A stretch of DNA of 64,000 bases, taken from contig CAVVMJ010000005.1 of the NCBI GenBank assembly GCA_963749445.1, forward strand, positions 98,915 through 162,914, read 5' to 3'. The stretch comes from an uncultured bacterium. Its GTDB lineage: Bacteria; Patescibacteriota; Doudnabacteria; UBA920. This document shows positions 56,295-64,000 of this stretch, piece after piece. Both the position numbers and the translations under genes were made by a program. The notes under the pieces are model-generated. The model was given only the letters and a program-made list of their open reading frames with translations, had not been told where the DNA came from and searched no databases. Position 1 is the first letter of the stretch, and each line of letters opens with the position of its first letter.

Positions 56295-59200
56295 GTGGAC
56301 GAGAATTTGAAAGAAAATTTTGATTCGTTCTTAAGCCTCGCGGAAGCGAGCAAGCTAACAGGGTACCACCAGGATTACCTTGGTTTTTTGTGCCGCACCG
56401 GCAAGCTCCAGGGATTTAAAATTGGCAGGAACTGGACGACGACCAAACAAGCCTTGGATGAGTTCATTAAAAACTATAAAAACGGGGTTAGCGAAATCGT
56501 TGATGAAACAGGCAGGAAGATCCCCGTTAAGGTAGAACGCCTAGCCCCTCAAGTTGTCATCGCGGATTTGCCCGCGGGGCAACCTCCAATTGCGGCGGGT
56601 CTTGTTTTTTCGCAGGGCGCAACTCCACAGCCGCAGGAAGTTTTGCCCGCTGCGCTTAATTCCAGTTTAGAGCTTAGGCACCTCCGCAGAGACGTCATTG
56701 ATGAAATTGACAAAAAGGTGCAGAACTTGTCCGCTAGCGTGGAAAAGATTGAAACCCAAACTCAGGAACAGGCGAAACAGTTAGAGGCAAATAAACAACA
56801 AATACTGGCAGTTGTCCCGGTGGCGGAAACGGCGCCGCAAGTACCGTCAACCGCGGCAGCGATAAACAATTTTGCCGAAGAAGACGAGTACGTCAAAAAA
56901 GAACGGCAGCGATTCAGCAACAAGTTTGCTTCCAATTTTGATTTCGGAACCGCGGATATTCACCCGACTACGCCAAGGCTTCGTCGGGCAAGCGCGGAAC
57001 CAGAACGCGGAACATACGCGGATCAATCCAAGTTCGCGCTGGGGAAGGAAAAAGTCAAACAACTTTACGGAAGCTTTACAAAAAAGAGCCGCATAGATTT
57101 TAACCGGGTCGGCGCGTACGCCTTGGTTGCAATAATTTTGGCGCTGTTTATGGGATCGGTGTTCTGGAGAAATTTGTTTAATAATCTGTCCGGCAATCAG
57201 CGGCCGCAGGAAATGAAAATTGTTTACCAGAACAATAATAGCGGCAAGCAGCCAGCGGTAAGCAATCAGCAGCCCGGCGCGGGTCAGGGCGGAACCACCA
57301 TCGTTAACAAAACCGTCAACCAGCTGCTCGGCTTTTCCGACGCGGACTTGTACAGCCTGATAGATAACCGTTTAAACCAATATTTGGCCGAAGGAAGATT
57401 CAAAGGACCCAAAGGGGACCAGGGGCTGCCGGGGCTGCCGGGCGGAGCCACCTACGTAGCGTCAAACCCCGCGACCGGCTTTTCCGGCGGCAGCATTGGC
57501 GGGACAACCTATCTTTCTTCCCAGGATTTTGCCACAAATAACATTACGGTTAACATCAGCCTTACGGACAACGGCACGGCGGTTTTTAACGGGTACGCGA
57601 CTTTTAACGGGAACACAAACTTAAGCGGCACTACGACCATTGCGAATTTGAACGTTGCCAATATTAATCCGAATTTTACCCAGGGCAGCGTGGTGTTCCA
57701 GGGATTAAACGGGCTGGCGCAGGACAACGCGAATTTTTATTGGGACAGCGTAAATCATCGCCTTGGCATAGGCACCACCACCCCGGAATTCGCTTTGGAT
57801 GTTAATGGCGTCGTGAACGCGCAGGCCTTGTACGTTAACGGCACGCCGTATATCGGCAGCCAGTGGATTTCCACCAGCACGGGAATTTATTTTGCTTCCG
57901 GCAATGTGGGTATTGGCACGACTTCGGCTTCAAGCACGATGCTAACTGTGGCGGGCGACACATCGGTATTCGGCAATTTGGCGGTGGCCGGGACATCGTC
58001 GCTGGCTTCGGCAATTGTTGGCAACCTCACAGTTACGGGCACATCAACACTTGATAGGACGTATACGATAGAATTGGCCGTATCGGACTTATCAACGCTG
58101 GCTACAACTTCAGTAACCAGTTTGGCGGTATCGGGAATCTCGTCACTCGCGACCACCACCATCAGCAACCTTACTTTAACCCAGCCGCTGTCTTTGTCGT
58201 CAGGGGGCTTAGGGTTTGATTCGTCGGCTATTCAAAAGGGCGGGCTGTTGGCCGGAACGGGCAACGGAAGTTTTGGCATCCAGCCGGTCGGCAGCGACGG
58301 CTTGTGCTTGCTGGCTTCTTCCACCGCGCCGTCGGGAATGGCCTGGACTGATTGCGCCGTGGCGGCCAATGCCATTACTTCGTTAAACGGTCTGACCAAT
58401 CCGGTGCAGACTTTTGCCACGGGCAGCGACATCAACATCGGTTTGAATATAACCTCCAGCGGATCCACTCACACTTTTACGCCGACTTTTACCGGCACCT
58501 TGGCCGCCAATCGCTTAAACAGCAACGTGGTGCAGGGGATTACGAATGACACAAACATTACCGGCTCAATTTTAAACCAGGTTTTGACTTTGGGCTGGAA
58601 CGGGCAACTTTCCGCGGCGCGCGGCGGCACTGGCACCAACACTTTGGCTTCCTTGACCGTCGGCAGCAACTTAAACATCAGCGGAGGACAGAATGTCCTT
58701 ATCGGCACTTCCACCCAGATTACGTTATCAAACAATCCGTCCTTTACTTCTATCACCGCCACTGCTTCTTCTTCCTTGGGCAATGCCACGGCCACGGCTT
58801 TTTCCGCCACGACCTTTAACGGCAACACCCTGACTGCCGGCTCCGGTACTCTGACTTTGAATAACAACACTTTGTCTTTGCAGGGCGGCAACACTACACT
58901 GGTTGGCATCAATTCCATCACAAGTTCAACGATAGCCACCTCCACCGTTGGCACTTCCACCATCTCCGGCTTTTTGGCCTTAAACTCCACCACCACCAAT
59001 TCCAACATCAGCGGTTCAACCGTCAACAACGTCACCATCCAGGGCAACAGCAATACCTTAACCCTGCTGGGTACTTCTTCCATTGACCAATCCGTCACCA
59101 CCACCTCCACTCCGACCTTTGCCGGCCTCACCGTCAACGGCCCCGCCTCGGCACAATCTTTGATGGTGACGGGCAACTTAACCGCCACGGGTTCGACTAC

Positions 59201-62200
59201 GCTCGCCGCCTTGACGGCCGGCACGTTGGCCGTAACAGGTTCGACTACGCTCACTGTCTTAAATACGACCGGCGCCGTAACCTTTGCCTCTCCCACTACC
59301 ATCATCAACACCGTTACTTATCTCTGGCCGTCTATCCAGGGCGCGGCCAATACTTTTTTGATGGATAACGGTTCAGGAACGTTATCCTGGTCTGCCGCTT
59401 CCACCACCCTGTCCGGTTACGCCTGGATGCTGGGCGGCAACACCTTAACAGCTACCGGCACCTTTGGCACGCTCTCCAACAATGACTTAAACATCATTAC
59501 CAACTCCACCACTAGGATGACCATCCTCTCCGGCGGCAACGTCGGCATCGGCTCGTCCGCCCCAGCTTCCCTGCTGGATGTTTTTGGGACGGCCCAACTC
59601 CGAGGCGCGTCAAACCAAATTGGATTGTATGTCAATTCGTCAGGGAATGTTGGGGTGGGGACGACTTCTCCGGTTGCCCTGTTCAGCGTCAGCGGCAATG
59701 AATTCATCGCCGGATCTTCCACCATAACCAACCTTAACCAAGCCCTGCCCGTGCGTTCTACCGCGGGCGGCGCCCTGTTCAACGGCGCCGTTGCTTTGGG
59801 CTCTTCCGATGTCACCGGCATCCTGCCTATCCTTAACGGCGGCACCGGAGCTTCCACTCTGGCCGGAGCCAACATCGTCACGGCCAACGCCTCAGCCGGC
59901 CAGGTCCCTTACTTTACCGCCCCGACCACCCAAGCCGGCTCTGCCAACTTCCTTTGGAACAATACCAGCAACCTGCTGACCGTCAACGGCACCATTAACG
60001 CCACCACCTCCAACTTTACCAACCTGAACGCTTCCTCCACGGTTTTGACCAACGCCACGACCACGGGCCAATCGGTTCTTTTGGGACAAACCAACGGCAA
60101 GCTGCTGGCTTTAGACCAAAACGGAATCATCATCTCCACTTCCACCGCCTACCAGACCGCCTTGAGCAATCCCGATACCGGCACGGGAGCCTCGCCGCAA
60201 ATCGCTTATTGGTCAAGCGCGACCGGACTGACGGGCGCGTCCGGCTTCCTATGGGACAACTCAAATACCAGAATGGTGGTCAACGGCACGATCAACGCCA
60301 GCAGCACCAACTTTACCAATGCCACCACCAGCCAACTGTTTGTCACCGGTTCTACTAACGGCAAATTAGCCGCTTTGGACGCTAATGGAATGCTCATCGG
60401 TACTTCCACCGCTTACCAAGTGGCCGGCTCTTACCTTACCACCATCGGCAGCGGCTCTTCCTCCACCATCCCTTATTTCACGGCTACGGCCAACACTTTG
60501 CAGGGGTCTAACAACTTATCCTTCAACGGTTCAAATTTAGTTTTGAACGGAACGATTTACGCCACTTCCTCCAACTTTACCAACGCCACTACATCCCAAT
60601 TATTCGTAACGGGACAGACGGGTAAGTTGGCCGCGCTTGACGCCAACGGGATGCTGATAGCGACTTCCACCAGCTATCAGACCGCCCTGACCAATCCCGA
60701 TACCGGCACGGGAGCCTCGCCGCAAATCGCTTATTGGTCAAGCGCGACCGGACTGACGGGCGCGTCCGGCTTCCTTTGGGACAACTCAAATACCAGAATG
60801 GTGGTCAACGGCACCATCAACGCCACCTCCTCCAACTTCACCAACTTAAACGCTTCCTCCACCGTCTTAACCAACTCTACCACCACAAACCAGTCCGTCT
60901 TCTCCGCCATTACCGGCCCCACCTTCCTGGCCTTAGACTCCAACCATATCCTAATGGCCACTTCCACCCCGGTGTTAACGGTTACCGGCTCCGGTTCCCT
61001 CACTTCCACCGGCGGCACCTCCCCGAATATCGCCTTGGTCACCCTGGCTAACAACGCCGTCCTCTTTGGCCAAGGCAGCGCCACCATCGGCACTTCCACC
61101 AACTTTTCCTGGCTTAACGGCCAAAACCTCTTTAGCGTCAACGGCACCATCAACGCCACCTCCTCGCTGTTCACCAACGCCACTTCCAGCAACCTGGCCG
61201 CCACCTCCTTAACCTCCGCCCTGCCGGTCAGGAGCACCACCGCCGGCTACCTCTACAACGGCGCGATTAACCTTAGCTCCGGCTCCTCTGACATTACTGG
61301 CACTCTGGCCATCGGCAGCGGCGGCACCGGCGCCACCACTCTGGCCGGCGCCAACATCGTCACGGCCAACGCCTCAGCCGGCCAGGTCCCCTTACTTTAC
61401 CGCCCCGACCACCCAAGCCGGCAGTGCCAACTTCCTTTGGAACAATACTTCCAACCTGTTAACCATCAACGGCACCATCAACGCCAGCACCTCCAACTTT
61501 ACCAACCTGAACGCCTCCTCCACGGTTTTGACCAACGCGACAACGACAGGCCAGCAGTTCATTCTGGGGCAGACTAACGGGAAACTATTGGCCCTTGACC
61601 AAAACGGCATGGTCATTTCCACTTCTACCGCCTACATCACCACCGCCAACGTCTCCGGCGCCTCGCCCCAGGTGGCCGTGTTTGCCGGAGCCAATACGGT
61701 TAACGGATACAGCGGCTTCCTTTGGGACAACTCAAATACCAGAATGGTGGTCAACGGCACCATCAACGCCACCTCCTCCAACTTCACCAACTTAAACGCT
61801 TCCTCCACCGTCTTAACCAACTCTACCACCACAAACCAGTCCGTCTTCTCCGCCATTACCGGCCCCACCTTCCTGGCCTTAGACTCCAACCATATCCTAA
61901 TGGCCACTTCCACCCCGGTGTTAACGGTTACCGGCTCCGGTTCCCTCACTTCCACCGGCGGCACCTCCCCGAATATCGCCTTGGTCACCCTGGCTAACAA
62001 CGCCGTCCTCTTTGGCCAAGGCAGCGCGACCATCGGCACTTCCACCAACTTTTCCTGGCTTAACGGCTCTAATCTCTTTAGCGTCAACGGCACCATCAAC
62101 GCCACCTCCTCGCTGTTCACCAACTCTACCACCACAAACCAGTCCGTCTTCTCCGCCATTACCGGCCCCACCTTCCTGGCTTTAGACTCCAACCATATCC

Positions 62201-64000
62201 TAATGGCCACTTCCACCCCGGTCCTGGCAGTTACCGGCTCCGGAAACATCGCCTCTTCAGGAGGGACTTCACCTAACCTTACTTTTACCGGAACACTTCC
62301 GATACTTAACGGCGGAACAGGACAGACAACTCTGGCGGCGGCCAACATCGTCACGGCTAACGCCTCAGCCGGCCAGGTCCCTTACTTTACCGCCCCGACC
62401 ACCCAGTCAGGGAGTGCCAACTTCCTTTGGAACAATACTTCCAACCTGTTAACCATCAACGGCACCATCAACGCCAGCACCTCCAACTTCACCAACTTAA
62501 ACGCCTCCTCCACGGTCTTGACCAACGCCACGACCACGGGCCAATCGGTTCTTTTGGGACAAACCAACGGCAAGCTGCTGGCTTTAGACCAAAACGGAAT
62601 CATCATCTCCACTTCCACCGCCTACCAGACCGCCTTGAGCAATCCCGATACCGGCACGGGAGCCTCGCCGCAAATCGCTTATTGGTCAAGCGCGACCGGA
62701 CTGACGGGCGCGTCCGGCTTCCTATGGGACAACTCAAATACCAGAATGGTGGTCAACGGCACGATCAACGCCACCACCTCCAACTTCACCAACTTAAACG
62801 CTTCCTCCACCGTCTTAACCAACTCTACCACCACAAACCAGTCCGTCTTCTCCGCCATTACCGGCCCCACCTTCCTGGCCTTAGACTCCAACCATATCCT
62901 AATGGCCACTTCCACCCCGGTCCTGGCAGTTACCGGCTCCGGAAACATCGCCTCTTCAGGAGGGACTTCACCTAACCTTACTTTTACCGGAACACTTCCG
63001 ATACTTAACGGCGGAACAGGACAGACAACTTTGGCGGCGGCCAACATCGTCACGGCCAACGCCTCAGCCGGCCAGGTCCCTTACTTTACCGCCCCGACCA
63101 CCCAGTCAGGGAGTGCCAACTTCCTTTGGAACAATACTTCCAACCTGTTAACCATCAACGGCACCATCAACGCCAGCACCTCCAACTTTACCAACCTGAA
63201 CGCCTCCTCCACGGTTTTGACCAACGCCACGACCACGGGCCAATCGGTTCTTTTGGGACAAACCAACGGCAAGCTGCTGGCTTTAGACCAAAACGGAATC
63301 ATCATTTCCACTTCTACCGCCTACATCACCACCGCCAACGTCTCCGGCGCCTCGCCCCAGGTGGCCGTGTTTGCCGGAGCCAATACGGTTAACGGATACA
63401 GCGGCTTCCTTTGGGACAACTCAAATACCAGAATGGTGGTCAACGGCACGATCAACGCCACCACCTCCAACTTTACCAACTTAAACGCTTCCTCCACCGT
63501 CTTAACCAACTCTACCACCACAAACCAGTCCGTCTTCTCCGCCATTACCGGCCCCACCTTCCTGGCCTTAGACTCCAACCATATCCTAATGGCCACTTCC
63601 ACCCCGGTCCTGGCAGTTACCGGCTCCGGTTCCCTCACTTCCACCGGCGGCACCTCCCCGAATATCGCCTTGGTCACCCTGGCTAACAACGCCGTCCTCT
63701 TTGGCCAAGGCAGCGCCACCATCGGCACTTCCACCAACTTTTCCTGGCTTAACGGCTCTAATCTCTTTAGCGTCAACGGCACCATCAACGCCACCTCCTC
63801 GCTGTTCACCAACGCCACTTCCAGCAACCTGGCCGCCACCTCCTTAACCTCCGCCCTGCCGGTCAGGAGCACCACCGCCGGCTACCTCTACAACGGCGCG
63901 ATTAACCTTAGCTCCGGCTCCTCTGACATTACCGGCACTCTGGCCATCGGCAGCGGCGGCACCGGAGCTTCCACTCTGGCCGGAGCCAACATCGTCACGG
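56295..64000 (+). CDS. Giant membrane-anchored fibre/adhesin with an N-terminal HTH; frameshift at about 61390; runs off the window
   Basis: LSLAEASKLTGYHQDYL..CRTGKLQGFKIGRNW (HTH_17/excisionase-like), coiled coil, TM helix, GPKGDQGLPG collagen, GNVGIGTT repeats, T/S/N-rich modules. Confidence 0.88.
59870..64000 (+). repeat. Near-identical intragenic modules in permuted order
   Basis: AACATCGTCACGG module at ~59871, 61353, 62343, 63043, 63988; AACTCTACCACCACAAACCAG module at ~60873, 61819, 62123, 62821, 63508. Confidence 0.9.

Noticed and set aside
61385-61395. Real stop of the giant protein at 61577, or phase variation
   Set aside because: GTCCCCTTAC has one more C than the other copies of this module (GTCCCTTAC), and the coding pattern continues; likely a homopolymer error.
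56295-64000. Prophage tail-fibre gene
   Set aside because: It has a TM anchor and no phage genes around it; it fits a cellular surface protein.
1-64000. Alternative genetic code (TGA read-through)
   Set aside because: Conserved genes translate full-length in code 11, and some (e.g. purC) end at TGA.

Overview
This looks like a chromosomal segment of a Patescibacteria (CPR, Parcubacteria-like) bacterium; the taxonomy is an inference from gene content and style. From left to right it holds: a low-GC fused m5C+m6A methyltransferase running off the left edge; a cluster of foreign-looking genes with strong Shine-Dalgarno sites, some resembling Acidobacteria proteins; a minus-strand de novo purine operon (purL-Q-F-N-D-E-M-C-B) interrupted by small inserted genes, including a REP-flanked RAYT transposase; several small transcription units, including a ~430-nt hairpin-rich ORF-less transcript; housekeeping genes; a minor-pilin trio; a frameshifted LysM surface protein; a B12 riboswitch ahead of a transcobalamin-like protein; and a giant HTH-TM-fibre protein running off the right edge. 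The most striking unannotated layer is a set of miniature repeat elements. Palindromes are inserted in frame in purD, purL, purQ, thpR, an ATP-grasp gene and a pilin leader. Inverted pairs of short tandem repeats occur both around a GxxExxY nuclease gene and as empty copies. Palindromes flank a PaaX/Cas2-like gene, and there are two 100-bp MITE-like elements. Several frameshifts are probably sequencing indels. No database searches were run, so family calls come from recognised motifs.
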